This document shows, one piece after another, positions 44,339-57,505 of a stretch of DNA of 64,000 nucleotides. Source of the DNA: Antedon mediterranea (taxonomy: Eukaryota > Animalia > Echinodermata); assembly GCF_964355755.1 (NCBI RefSeq), contig NC_092679.1, forward strand, positions 19,885,432-19,949,431, written 5' to 3'. The notes beneath the pieces were generated by a model that made no database searches, was not told the DNA's origin, and saw nothing but the letters and a program-made list of their open reading frames with translations. The translations under genes were made by a program, and so were the position numbers. Each line of letters starts with the position of its first letter. Position 1 is the first letter of the stretch.

Positions 44339-44350
44339 TGTATATAAGAG
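44339..44350 (+). promoter_or_regulatory. TATA box of A-type GMF copies (also ~51439 and ~57404)
   Basis: GTATATAAGAGG about 100 bp upstream of the ATG|GTAAGT first exon in all three A copies. Confidence 0.6.
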
Positions 44351-44442
44351 GATTTATTGGTTTTCAGACAAACAACGCACATCTCCTGACCCATCCAACT
44401 ACAGTAAAACACTTCTTCTGCTTTTCTTTCTGACAATTAAAA

Positions 44443-46902
44443 ATGGTAAGTACTATTAAAATCTCTGAGATTGAGCAGTAATATTAATATTAATCTGTTT
44501 CGAGAATTAATATATACTTAGGCTACTGTATAATGTAACTTGTGTAAAACTGCAAATCAGATAGGGATCGAGTCTTTCTTTTCTAACTGACGTCGTAGGA
44601 GACAAGAGCGTGTTACCAAATTGTTACTAGTAGACCATCGGTAGACTGTCTTTATTGAATTGACCAACCCACCACCGACATTAAGCAGCCATATTGTTCA
44701 TTCACGATTTTAAATCAGTATAACAATTAAATATTAACCTTTATTTTCAGTCAACAGATTTAAAAATATGTACAATTGATCCTGAGCTATTAGCGGACTT
44801 GAAGAAGTTCCGTTTCACTAAGGAATCAGTTAATATGTGTATGATATGTAAGTTGCAAGTTGTATATTGTTTGGAGGAAAAAAGTATAGTTCAGTTTTAA
44901 ACCGTACTGTAATTGAATATGGCTAAAAACAGTTTTATTACCTTTTTATTTTTCAGTAAAAATAGAAGTGGATACACAAACGATAAAGAAAGAAAAGACA
45001 TTTGAGGTAAACTGAATATGTTGTGATCAGAGTGGAAGGCATTGCAATGAATTGGATGACTATACAATATCCCAGTGCTCTGTATCTCCACATATTATCT
45101 ATTTCCGAATTATTATAGGAATATTTGGTAATACAGCATGCATCACATGTGGTGCCTGTAGGCCTATCATGTAAAGTTAGGTTACTAATAGATACATGTG
45201 AAACACATGTGATGTTGTATTACCAAATATTCCTATGATACTTCGGAGATAGATAGATACAGTACCGATAATCGGGTGCAATAATATCACGATACTATAT
45301 TATTGTAGTGTTTTATTATTTTTTTCAGGATGTGTCACCGGAAGATATCCACAAGGAATTACCAGCACAAGAACCTAGATATGTTGTATACAAATACACT
45401 ATGAGTCATGAGGATGGCAGAATTTCTTACCCCTTGATATTCATCTTTATTAATCCTTCTGGTAAACTTGTATACTGCCTAAATTCTATAATGACTAAAA
45501 CTTGGTTCCGACTAGCTACGCAATGCCCTTCCAGTAATTGTTATTTCCCCGCCTGCGTGAAATCAAACCTGCGATGTTTGCTGTACTGGTTGCGTCGTCG
45601 GTTCCCACTTGTGATTACACAATACAACACTTTGCGTCATTACGGCGTTGCGTTGCGTTCTAGTGGGAACCACGCTTTTCATAGGCCTATACAATCTAGA
45701 TAATTTACAGAATTTAGAAATTAAATGTTCATTCATTTTATATGCTATGCCAACAGGTTGCAAACCAGAGCTTCAGATGATGTATGCAGGATCTAAACAT
45801 AGTATGGTGAATGCAGGTGGCTTTACAAAGGTTAGCATTATTTAAGTGTGGTTCCCACTAGAACGCAACGAAGGCCTAACGCAGCGACGTTTCGAAGCAA
45901 AGTGCTGTATTGCGTAGTCACAAGTGGGAACCGACGACGACGCAATAGTGCTGCAAACATCGCAGGTTTGATTTCACGCAGGCGGGGAAAACACAATTAC
46001 AAACGCAATGATTGGAAGGGCATTTCCTTAAAGCTTGCTTCCCATTAGAACGTAACGCAAGGACGTAAACGCAACGCAAGCGTTTTAACCAATATGGCAA
46101 GCGAAGTTATAGACAGTTAGTAATCACAAGCGAATAAGCCATCGCTTGTGATTGGTCAATTCACTTGCGTTGCGTTACGTCCTTGTGTTGCGTCGCTAGT
46201 GGGAACCACGCGTAAGTTGCGTAGATTGCGTTACGTTGCGTCGCTAGTGGGAACCAAGCCTTAAGCTCTATATTGTCTAATTAGTTTGACAAAAATGGAT
46301 GTACCCAAATACGGTAGTGATATCCCCAAATATGGTAATGATATGACGACTGTTTTTACCAATAATACAAATACCGATTTCGATAAGCAATAATAAAGCA
46401 TGGATCCCACTAGAACGCAACGCAACCCAGCGACGTATCGCAGGTTTGATTTCACGCAGGAGGCGGGGACAAACACAATTATTAGAAATGCATTTTCTTA
46501 CGTTGCGTAGGTTGCGTCGCTAGTGGGAACCAAGCTTTAGGCCAATTAACACAGACGAGCAGTAACCGATATAGAATCTGTGTTCTTCATGACTATTTAC
46601 ACACAACGTGGAGCCGACGGGTTCAGGATAGATCGCACAGATTCTACGTGGGCCGGGACAAGCTACACGGTTTCCGCTCACCGTTACCGCTCGTCTGTGT
46701 ACGTAAATTTGCCTTTATAGGTATATTATATTGCGTGAGTTTAATAGATAAACTAAAAAACTACATTGTAAATGTAATAAAGAAGTCATTTATATCAAAT
46801 AGCAACATTTGGTTAACTCTGTAATCATTTTTGTTATAGGTGTTTGATCTCCGATGTATTGAAGAAATCACCGAAGAATGGTTGTTGAAGCAGCTCAAAT
46901 AA
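44443..46902 (+). CDS. GMF: Glia maturation factor paralog A1 (139 aa, intact)
   Basis: Exons 44443-44445 (ATG only), 44751-44847, 44957-45006, 45329-45461, 45757-45830, 46840-46902. Protein [86 protein letters not shown]. Confidence 0.93.
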
Positions 46903-47140
46903 TCTTGTTACAAATCCCTCATGAACGACCGACGCCAAACTGGTCTCCACCTCCACTAAATCTTGGTTCCCACTAGAGCGTAACGTAAGGACGTAAACGC
47001 AACGCAAGCGTTTTAACCAATGACAAGCGAAGTTATAGACAGTTACCAATCACAAGCGAAGAAGTCATCGCTTGTGATTGGTCAATTCACTGGCGTTGCG
47101 TTACGTCCTTGTGTTGCGTCGCTAGTGGGAACCACGCTTT
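45500..47140. mobile_element. Cluster of nested MITE family 2 copies (TIR TGGTTCCCACTAG..CTAGTGGGAACCA) in A1 introns and 3' flank
   Basis: Copies at ~45500-45677, 45844-46260 (nested), 46400-46537 and 46960-47140. The pattern is repeated in A2 (52570-54200) and in B introns (49574-49954, 56294-56680). TAA/TTA flanks suggest PIF/Harbinger. Confidence 0.8.
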
Positions 47141-48782
47141 AAGAAGATTGGTTCCCGTATTACGCAACGCAAGTAATTTGACCAATCACGACCCGATGGA
47201 TCATCATGATTGGTAAAATTATACTTGCGTTGCGAGTACGTCCTTGCCTACGTCTGAAGGGGGAGAAGCTTAAGGGACAGTAGCGCGGGATTTTTGAAGT
47301 GAGATTATTTTGAGGTGGTTAGGAAACCTTATCTAGATCAATAGAATGCATTACAAATGAAACCAAGTACTTTTCTCACGATTATCATTCAATATATACG
47401 CTTATAATAACTTAACCCTAACAGGTACGTAGGCCTACTACTAAGAATATATTTTGCGACGACTTTTAGGACCTCAGTTAATTATGTTTAGAATTTAAAA
47501 TCTTGGATAATAGGCGTACTAATAAATGAATTCGATAAAGAAAGGATATATTTAGTGTTTTTGTTCTGCATTATGTTTACGGCCGTGTTTCCGCAGCCAA
47601 AACAAAATTATCTGTTAATTTTTACTCGGCTTTAGCTTTACACAGCTATAGAGCGAAAATGTTCGTACTTCAACCGGATGCAGAATTACGACGTCATAAA
47701 CATGGTACCAATCGAAACAATTGCGATTTATAAAGTATTACTCCTCCCTTATTTTCGTTGTAGTATTGAGCTGGGATTTGGCATAAATATACTACAGGGA
47801 CATGTCCTCAAAGCTATAGAGCCGGATTTCTTAATTTCTATCCGGATGCAGCCATATGACGTCTCGAAGATGGTACCGTATAGCCGTATTTGGTAGCAAG
47901 GTTGATGATGTGTATGTGACGTCACATCCCGTCTTATGACGTTATTACAGCTTCTTTTGCTGTGCCCCGAGTATCGCACATTCGTGCTTGTTTAACCAAT
48001 AAAATGCGTACGATCAGTGATTACCAAAACAACCAGATGCTCAATCACAACGCAACAATTTGTCCTCCAGGTCAACGGTTAAAAATTATCCGATAATTAT
48101 CCCATTTGTATGAGATAATTATCGGTTAATTTTTCCCAACTGGAATTGGTTAGGATGTCTTCATGAACAAAATATCTCAACTTAAATAATGTGTCTACTT
48201 TTTTTTTTTGCATCTTGACAAACTATGAATATGATTTCCATGAAAGAAATTGATCAAATTTTACTGCAACAAACAAGACTTTTTTAGGCCTATACATTTT
48301 TTTCATTATATAGAGGTGCAATTTTGTTTAAAATGTTTCTTCTGTTTTAAAAAATATACAGATAGTTTAATTATTAATATATATTTGTATATCTTATGTA
48401 CGTGGGTTCATCCCACTTTTATTTCCATACATTACGGTATGTTCCCATTTCTTTACATATTTTTTTTTCTAAACACATTTTCATTTCAATACACTATACA
48501 TATATATTGTTTTCATCATCTGTCTACGTACACTTTTTTTTAAAGAGTTTTGTTCATTTGTTTAATTATTAATAATTAATAGTTAACGACCTCAATCGTT
48601 GTCATGCAATCTCCTGTACTTTTGTCTGTGATGCTGCCTCTGATACAACAATATTCAACATTTAAACTGCTATATTTTAAGCTGTATGTATGACGATTTT
48701 GGGACGAGCAGAAGATTTTAGACAAACTGACCCTTTTCAAAACAAAACTTCTTTCTCAACTTCAGCTGTATAACTGTTGATA

Positions 48783-49083
48783 GGGAGTGAGTGGCCAAGC
48801 GGTTAAGACAGTGGAACCGTAATTACGTAGCCATAACATCAGCAGGGGTTCGAGACTCACTCACTCCATGGTTCTGGTGGTAGAACGATTCTTCTCGGAT
48901 AAGGACTATAAACCGTAGGTCCAGTGTACACATCTAGCTCGTGTGCACTTTAAAGAACCTAGTACATCTTTCGAGACGAGTAGGGGGTTACCCCGGTGTA
49001 TTAGTACATTACAGCCACTGATCACCAACCGGGCCCTCTGGGAGACCAGTCTTTGACTGAAGAGGTTACCCAGTATAAATATA

Positions 49084-49119
<36 letters not shown>
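48783..49119 (+). mobile_element. Full-length Deu-domain tRNA SINE (duplicate at 55507-55839)
   Basis: tRNA-like head GGAGTGAGTGGCCAAGCGG..GGTTCGAGACTCACTCACTCC, central CGGATAAGGACTATAAACCGTAGGTCC..TTAAAGAACC..GAGTAGGGGGTTACCCCGGTG, and a (TCAA)n tail. Confidence 0.8.
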
Positions 49120-49431
49120 TGTATTGTAACTAGACCATGGCTGCAGTCACGTGCGCAAATTTGAGTTAGTGTTTACCGACCGACCAACCGACATAGTGAG
49201 CTGTAGAGCACGCGATTAAAAATTAAATAGGACCGAGCTCGAATCCTATGATCTGACCATGGCGTTAAATTAGTACCTCCATGATCTGATACTACGATAT
49301 CTAATTACCATCGAGTTGAGTTTGAGTATTATAAGGACCAAACCCACCACAACTGACATCTTACAATTATTAGTATTGTGCATTTTAAAGATTTATATCG
49401 TTAACAATGAAATATTAACCTTTATTTTCAG

Positions 49432-51200
49432 GCGACAGTAAACGTATGTACAATTGGTTCTGAGGTATTAGCGGACTTGAACAAGTTCCGTATGAACGTA
49501 AAAGCTATCAATCCATGTATGATATGTAAGTAGTAAGTTTTGTGTTGAGAAAATGAGAGGAGACAATAGTTTAAGCTTGGTTCCCACTAGATACGCAACG
49601 TAACGCAACCTACAGCTTGGTTCCCACTAGAACGTAACGCAAGGACGTAAAAGCAACGCAAGCGTTTTAACCAATGAAAAGCGAAGTTATAGACAGTTAG
49701 CAATCACAAGCGAATAAGCTTGTGATTGGTCAATTCACTTGCGTTGCGTTACGTCCTTGCGTTGCGTCGCTAGCAGGAACCACGCTTACGCAACGTAAGA
49801 AAATGCCCTTCCACTAATCGTGTTTTCCCCCGCCTACGTGAAATCAAATCTGTGATGTTTGCAGCACTGTTGCGTCTTTGGTTCCCACTTGTGATTACGC
49901 AATGCAGCACTTTGCGTCGATACGTCGCTGCGTTGCGTTCTAGTGGGAACCACCAGTTTTAAACATTATACAGTGATGTTGAATGTGGCTAAAAACAGTT
50001 TTTATCATTAATGATCTTTGGGTTTTTTTCTAGTAAAAATAGAAATGGATACACTAGCGTTAAAGACAGATACCGTAAGACGCTTGAGGTAAAAATGAAA
50101 TCTCGTTAATATTTTTTTCGTAGAGATCAAAGAGGAAAATGCAACTACAGTATTTGTCCGGGTGGTACTTGTCCTAGAGGGGTGGTTGTCCGTGGGGATA
50201 GTTGTCCTAGAGAGTAATTGTCCTATGGGCCGTAATTGTCCTAGTTATGGGGTGATTGTCCTTAGGGCTAGTTGTCCAGGGGTGGTTGTCCGGATACACT
50301 ATATCACGGTACGGTGTGCTCAGTTACCAATTTGCAGCAATTTCACTATCCTCGTTGTATTTTTTTAGGATGTGTTACCGGAAAACATACACAAGGAATT
50401 ACGTACAAATGAACCCAGATATATTGTCTACAATTACAAGTTCAGCCGTGACGATGGAAGAGTTACATACCCTGTGATTTTCATATTTATTAGTCCTGCT
50501 GGTAATACTGGATAAATATTAATATTTTATATTTTTTTAAATTATTTTTTAAATATTATTATTGAATTTCATATTACAACATAGACTTGTTTTATTAATA
50601 ATTAATTTATTTATCATTCATTGTTCATTCATTTTATATGCCAACAGATTGCAAACCAGAGCTTCAGATGCTGTATGCAGGCTCTAAACTAAGTGTTGTT
50701 AACGCGTGTGGCATTTCAAAGGTTAGCATTGTTAATATATAAAAACACATTTTTCTCTCCCGATTGCGGAGAGCGGCTGTTTTCACCTATCAAATCTAAA
50801 GGGTGGTTCCCACTAGCGACGCAGCGTAACGCAACACGACGTACGGTATTGACGCAAAGTGCCGTAGCCTATTGCCTAATCACGAGTGGGAACCGACGAC
50901 TGCACAAATTGCATGTTTGATTTCAAGCAGGCGGGGACAAACACAACTATTGGAAGGGCATTTTCTTATGTTGCGTACGTTGCGTTACGTTGGGTCAACA
51001 ACAGGAACAAGATAGCAATAAAAACTGTTTATTTTAATTAAATTGCATTGATTTAATAAACTAAAAAACTACATTGTAATATAAAAACGATGTCATTTGG
51101 TTAAATATGTCTTCATTGTTTGTTATAGACGCTTGAGCTCCGATCTGTAGAAGAATTCACTGAAGAATGGTTGAAGAAAAAGCTTAATGAAATGAAATAA
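49432..51200 (+). pseudogene. GMF: GMF paralog B1 lacking its ATG exon
   Basis: Exons 49432-49525, 50034-50088 (5-bp insertion), 50369-50501, 50648-50721, 51129-51200. Relative to B2, a 62-bp deletion at 48762/48763 removes ATG|GTAAG. Confidence 0.8.
50155..50295. repeat. (GGGTGGTTGTCC/GTAATTGTCC)-type short tandem repeat in B intron 3 (also ~56875-57025, ~58730-58848)
   Basis: TTGTCC recurs about every 15-20 bp. Unit number and G-run length differ among the three copies. Confidence 0.8.
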
Positions 51201-51540
51201 TGAAAGTATTAATTATCGTCGTATGAAATTGAAAATATATTGAATGAGAAACAATTGAGAAACGAGATATTTTGATAAACGAGTTATTTTGAGTCTTCGA
51301 TGTTCTAGTCATTGTTATGCAAAAATCGTGCGACACGACACAATCTCTCTAAATTGTTGAATTGTCGAGGCTGCATCTGAGACGACAATATTTAAATTGT
51401 TTGTGTTTTAAAGCTTAGTCACGGGTTTGGGAGTACTGTATATAAGAGGATTTATTGGTTTTCAGACAAACAACGCACATCTCCTGACCCATCCCACTAC
51501 AGTAAAACACTTCTTCTGCTTTTCTTTCTAACAATTAAAA

Positions 51541-53978
51541 ATGGTAAGTACTATTAAAATCTCTGAGATTGAGCAGTAATATTAATATTAATCTGTTTCG
51601 AGAATTAATATATACTTAGGCCACTGTATATTGTAACTTGTGTAAAACTGCAAATCAGATAGGGATCGAGTCTTTCTTTTCTAACTGACGTCATAGGAGA
51701 CAATAGTGTGTTACCAAATTGTTACTAGACCATCGGTAGACTTGTTTTTATTAAGTTGCCACCAACCCACCACCGACATCGTACAGCCAGGATTTTAAAT
51801 CGCTATAACAATAAATATTAACCTATATTTTCAGTCGACAGAATTAAAAGTATGTACAGTTGATCCTGAGCTATTGGCGGACTTGAACAAGCTCCGTTTC
51901 ACTAAGGAATCAGTTAATATGTGTATGATATGTAAGTTGCAAGTTGTATATTGTTTGGAGGAAAAAAGTATAGTTCAGTTTTAAACCGTACTGTAATTGA
52001 ATAATGGCTAAAAACAGTTTTTATTACCTTTTTATTTTTCAGTAAAAATAGAAGTGGATACACAAACGATAAAAAAAGAAAAGACATTTGAGGTAAACTG
52101 AATATGTTGTGATCAGAGTGGAACATTGCAATGAATTGGATCTGTATTGCTCTGTATCTCCACATACTATCTATTTCCGAAGTATTATAGGAATATTTGG
52201 TAATACAGCATGTGGTGCCTTGGTGCCTGTAGGCCTATCATGTAAAGTTAGGTTACCACTAGATACATGTGAAACACATGTGATGTTGTATTACCAAACA
52301 TTCCTATGATACTTCGGAGAAAGATAGATACAGTACCGATAATCGGGTGCAATAATATCACGATACTATATTATTGTAGTGTTTTATTATTTTTTTCAGG
52401 ATGTGTCACCGGAAGATATCCACAAGGAATTACCAGCAGAAGAACCTAGATATGTTGTATACAAATACACTATGAGTCATGAGGATGGCAGAATTTCTTA
52501 CCCCTTGATATTCAGCTTTATTAGTCCTTCTGGTAAACTTGTATACTGCCTAAATTCTATAATGACTAAAACTTGGTTCCGACTAGCTACGCAACGTAAT
52601 GCCCTTCCAATAATTGTGTTTTCCCCGCCTGCGTGAAATCAAACCTGTGATGTTTGCTGTACTGGTTGCGTCGTCGGTTCCCACTTGTGATTACACAATA
52701 CAACACTTTGCGTCATTACGGCGTGGCGTTGCGTTCTAGTGGGAATCACGCTTTACATAGGCCTATACAATCTAGATAATTTTACAGAATTTAGAAATTA
52801 AATGTTCATTCATTTTATATGCTATGCCAACAGGTTGCAAACCAGAGCTTCAGATGATGTATGCAGGATCTAAACATAGTATGGTGAATGCAGGTGGCTT
52901 TACAAAGGTTAGCATTATTAAGTGTGGTTCCCACTAGAACGCAACGAAGGCCTAACGCAGCGACGTTTCGAAGCAAAGTGCTGTATTGCGTAGTCACAAG
53001 TGGGAACCGACGACGACGCAATAGTGCTGCAAACATCGCAGGTTTGATTTCACGCAGGCGGGGAAAACACAATTACAAACGCAATGATTGGAAGGGCATT
53101 TCCTTAAAGCTTGCTTCCCACTAGAACGTAACGCAAGGACGTAAACGCAACGCAAGCGTTTTAACCAATGGCAAGCGAAGTTATAGACAGTTAGTAATCA
53201 CAAGCGAATAAGCCATCGCTTGTGATTGGTCAATTCACTTGCGTTGCGTTACGTCCTTGTGTTGCGTCGCTAGTGGGAACCACGCTTAAGTTGCGTAGAT
53301 TGCGTTACGTTGCGTCGCTAGTGGGAACCAAGCATTAAGCTCTATATTGTCTAATTAGTTTGACAAAAATGGATGTACCCAAATACGGTAGTGATATCCC
53401 CAAATATGGTAATTGTTATGACAACTGTTTTTACCAATAATACAAATACCGATTTCGATAAGCAATAATAAAGCATGGATCCCACTAGAACGCAACGCAA
53501 CCCAGCGACGTATCGCAGGTTTGATTTCACGCAGGAGGCGAGGACAAACACAATTATTAGAAATGCATTTTCTTACGTTGCGTAGGTTGCGTCGCTAGTG
53601 GGAACCAAGCTTTAGGCCAATTAACACAGACGAGCGGTAACTGATATAGAATCTGTGTTCTTCATGACCATTTACACACAACGTGGAGCGGACGGGTTCA
53701 GGATAGATCGCACAGATTCTACGTGGGCCGGGACAAGCTACACGGTTTCCGCTCACCGTTACCGCTCGTCTGTGTACGTAAATTTGCCTTTATAGGTATA
53801 TTATATTGCGCGAGTTTAATAGATAAACTAAAAAACTACATTGTAAATGTAATAAAGAAGTCATTTATATCAAATAGCAACATTTGGTTAAATCTGTAAT
53901 CATTGTTGTTTATAGGTGTTTGATCTCCGATGTATTGAAGAAATCACCGAAGAATGGTTGTTGAAGCAGCTCAAATAA
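51541..53978 (+). CDS. GMF: GMF paralog A2 (139 aa, intact)
   Basis: Exons 51541-51543, 51835-51931, 52043-52092, 52400-52532, 52834-52907, 53916-53978. ATG lies 7098 bp from the A1 ATG. Confidence 0.93.
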
Positions 53979-55428
53979 TCTTGTTACAAATCTCTCATGA
54001 ACGACCGACGCCAAACTGGTCTCCATCTCCACTAAAGCTTGGTTCCTACCAGAGCGTAACGCAAGGACGTAAACGCAACGCAAGCGTTTTAACCAATGAC
54101 AAGCGAAGTTATAGACAGTTAGCAACATCGCTTGTGATTGGTCAATTCACTGGCGTTGCGTTACGTCCTTGTGTTGCGTCGCTAGTGGGAACCACGCTTT
54201 AAGAAGATTGGTTCCCGTATTACGCAACGCAAGTAATTTGACCAATCACGACCCGATGGATCATCATGATTGGTCAAATTATACTTGCGTTGCGAGTACG
54301 TCCTTGCCTACGTCTGAAGTGGGAGAAGCTTAAGGGACAGTAGCGGGATTTTTGAAGTGAGATTATTTTGAGGTGGTTAGGAAACCTTATCTAGATCAAT
54401 AGAATGCATTACAAATGAAACCCAAGTACTTTTCTCACGATTATCATTCAATATATACGCTTATAATAACTTAACCCTAACAGGTACGTAGGCCTACTAC
54501 TAAGAATATATTTTGCGACGACTTTTAGGAACTCCGTTAATTATGTTTAGAATTTAAAATCTTGGATAATAGGCTTACTAATAAATGAATTCGATAAAGA
54601 AAGGATATATTTAGTGTTTTTGTTCTGCATTATGTTTAAGGCCGTGTTTCCGCAGCCAAAACAAAATTATCTGTTAATTTTTACTCGGGGTACCCGAGTC
54701 TAGGACTCGCTCATCTTCTTCTTCTTCCATCTGGACATTATTGAGCCAACTTTCGCATTTATCCGATAATTATCCCATTTGTATGAGATAATTATCGGTT
54801 AATTTTTCCCAACTGGAATTGGTTAGGATGTCTTCATGAACAAAATATCTCAACTTAAATAATGTGTCTACTTTTTTTTTTGCATCTTGACAAACTATGA
54901 ATATGATTTCCATGAAAGAAATTGATCACATTTTACTGCAACAAACAAGACTTTTTTAGGCCTACATTTTTTTCATTATACAGAGGTGCAATTTTGTTTA
55001 AAATGTTTCTTCTGTTTTAAAAAGTATACAGATAGTTAATTATTAATATATATTTGATATCTTATGTGGGTTCATCCCACTTTTATTTCCATACATTACG
55101 GTATGTTCCCATTTCTTTACATATTTTTTTTTCTAAACACATTTTCATTTCAATACACTATATATATATTGTTTTCATCATCTGTCTACGTACACTTTTT
55201 TTTAAAGAGTTTTGTTCATTTGTTTAATTATTAATAATTAATAGTTAACGACCTCAATCGTTGTCATGCAATCTCCTGTACTTTTGTCTGTGATGCTGCC
55301 TCTGATACAACAATATTCAACATTTAAACTGCTATGTTTTAAGCTGTATGTATGACGATTTTTGGACGAGCAGAAGATTTTAGACAAACTGACCCTTTTC
55401 AAAACAAAACTTCTTTCTCGACTTTCTA

Positions 55429-55807
55429 ATGGTAAGTTCAAGTTGTACTGTTATAATGTGTGCATCATACGTCTGGTTTCGAGAATCAGCTGTATAACTG
55501 TTGATAGGGAGTGAGTGGCCAAGCGGTTAAGACAGTGGAACCGTAATTACGTAGCCATAACATCAGCAGGGGTTCGAGACTCACTCACTCCATGGTTCTG
55601 GTGGTAGAACGAGTCTTCTCGGATAAGGACTATAAACTGTAGGTCCAGTGTACACATCTAGCTCGTGTGCACTTTAAAAAACCTAGTACATCTTTCGAGA
55701 CGAGTAGGGGGTTACCCCGGTGTATTAGTACATTACAGCCACTGATCACCAACTGGGCCCTCTGGGAGACCAGTCTTTGACTGAAGAGGTTACCCAGTAT
55801 AAATATA

Positions 55808-55839
<32 letters not shown>

Positions 55840-57399
55840 TGTATTGTAACTAGACCATGGCTGCAGTCGCGTGCGCAAATTTGAGTTAGTGTTTACCGAC
55901 CGACCAACCGACATAGTGAGCTGTAGAGCACGCGATTAAAAATTAAATAGGACCGAGCTCGAATCCTATGATCTGACCATGGCGTTAAATTAGTACCTCC
56001 ATGATCTGATACTACGATATCTAATTACCATCGAGTTGAGTTTGAGTATTATAAGGACCAAACCCACCACAACTGACATCGTACAATTATTAGTATTGTG
56101 CATTTTAAAGATTTATATCGTTAACAATGAAATATTAACCTTTATTTTCAGGCGACAGTAAACGTATGTACAATTGGTTCTGAGGTATTAGCGGACTTGA
56201 ACAAGTTCCGTATGAACGTAAAAGCTATCAATCCATGTATGATATGTAAGTAGTAAGTTTTGTGTTGAGAAAATGAGAGGAGACAATAGTTTAAGCTTGG
56301 TTCCCACTAGATACGCAACGTAACGCAACCTACAGCTTGGTTCCCACTAGAACGTAACGCAAGGACGTAAAAGCAACGCAAGCGTTTTAACCAATGTAAA
56401 GCGAAGTTATAGACAGTTAGCAATCACAAGCGAATAAGCCATCGCTTGTGATTGGTCAATTCACTTGCGTTGCGTTACGTCCTTGCGTTGCGTCGCTAGT
56501 GGGAACCACGCTTACGCAACGTAAGAAAATGCCCTTCCACTAATCGTGTTTTCCCCCGCCTACGTGAAATCAAATCTGTGATGTTTGCAGCACTGTTGCG
56601 TCTTTGGTTCCCACTTGTGATTACGCAATGCAGCACTTTGCGTCGATACGTCGCTGCGTTGCGTTCTAGTGGGAACCACCAGTTTTAAACATTATACAGT
56701 GATGTTGAATGTGGCTAAAAACAGTTTTTATCATTAATGATCTTTGGGTTTTTTTCTAGTAAAAATAGAAATGGATACACTAGCGTTAAAGACAGACAAG
56801 ACGCTTGAGGTAAAAATGAAATCTCGTTAATATTTTTTTCGTAGAGATCAAAGATGAAAATGCAACTACAGTATTTGTCCGGGTGGTAGTTGTCCTAGAG
56901 GGGTGGTTGTCCGGGGGGGGGGGGGGATAGTTGTCCTAGAGAGTAATTGTCCTATGGGCCGTAATTGTCCTAGTTATGGGGTGATTGTCCTTAGGGCTAG
57001 TTGTCCAGGGGTGGTTGTCCGGATACACTATATCACCGTACGGTGTGCTCAGTTACCAATTTGCAGCAATTTCACTATCCTCGTTGTATTTTTTTAGGAT
57101 GTGTTACCGGAAAACATACACAAGGAATTACGTACAAATGAACCCAGATATATTGTCTACAATTACAAGTTCAGCCGTGACGATGGAAGAGTTACATACC
57201 CTGTGATATTCGTATTTATTAGTCCTGCTGGTAATACTGGCTAAATATTAATTTTTTATATTTTTTCAAATTATTTTTTAAATATTATTATTGAATTTCA
57301 TATAACAACATAGAATTATTTTATTAATAATTAATTTATTTATCATTGATTGTTCATTCATTTTATATGCCAACAGATTGCAAACCAGAGCTTCAGATG
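55429..57399 (+). pseudogene. GMF: GMF paralog B2, truncated inside exon 5 and fused to the A3 promoter
   Basis: Exons 55429-55431, 56152-56245, 56760-56809 and 57098-57230 are intact. Exon 5 (57377-) breaks after CKPELQM and continues as ACTGTATATAAGAGG (A-type promoter). Confidence 0.85.
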
Positions 57400-57505
57400 A
57401 CTGTATATAAGAGGATTTATTTGTTTTCAGACAAACAACGCACATCTCCTGACCCATCCCACTACAGTAAAACACTTCTTCTGCTTTTCTTTCTAACAAT
57501 TAAAA

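Noticed and set aside
45563-47049. Arg/Cys-rich ORFs repeated in each GMF unit
   Set aside because: They are translations of MITE family 2 sequence or antisense to GMF exons, with no transposase motifs.
48784-48868. Long-variable-arm tRNA (Ser/Leu/Sec-like)
   Set aside because: The anticodon arm pairs poorly and it continues into a Deu-domain body with a (TCAA)n tail, so it is a SINE head.
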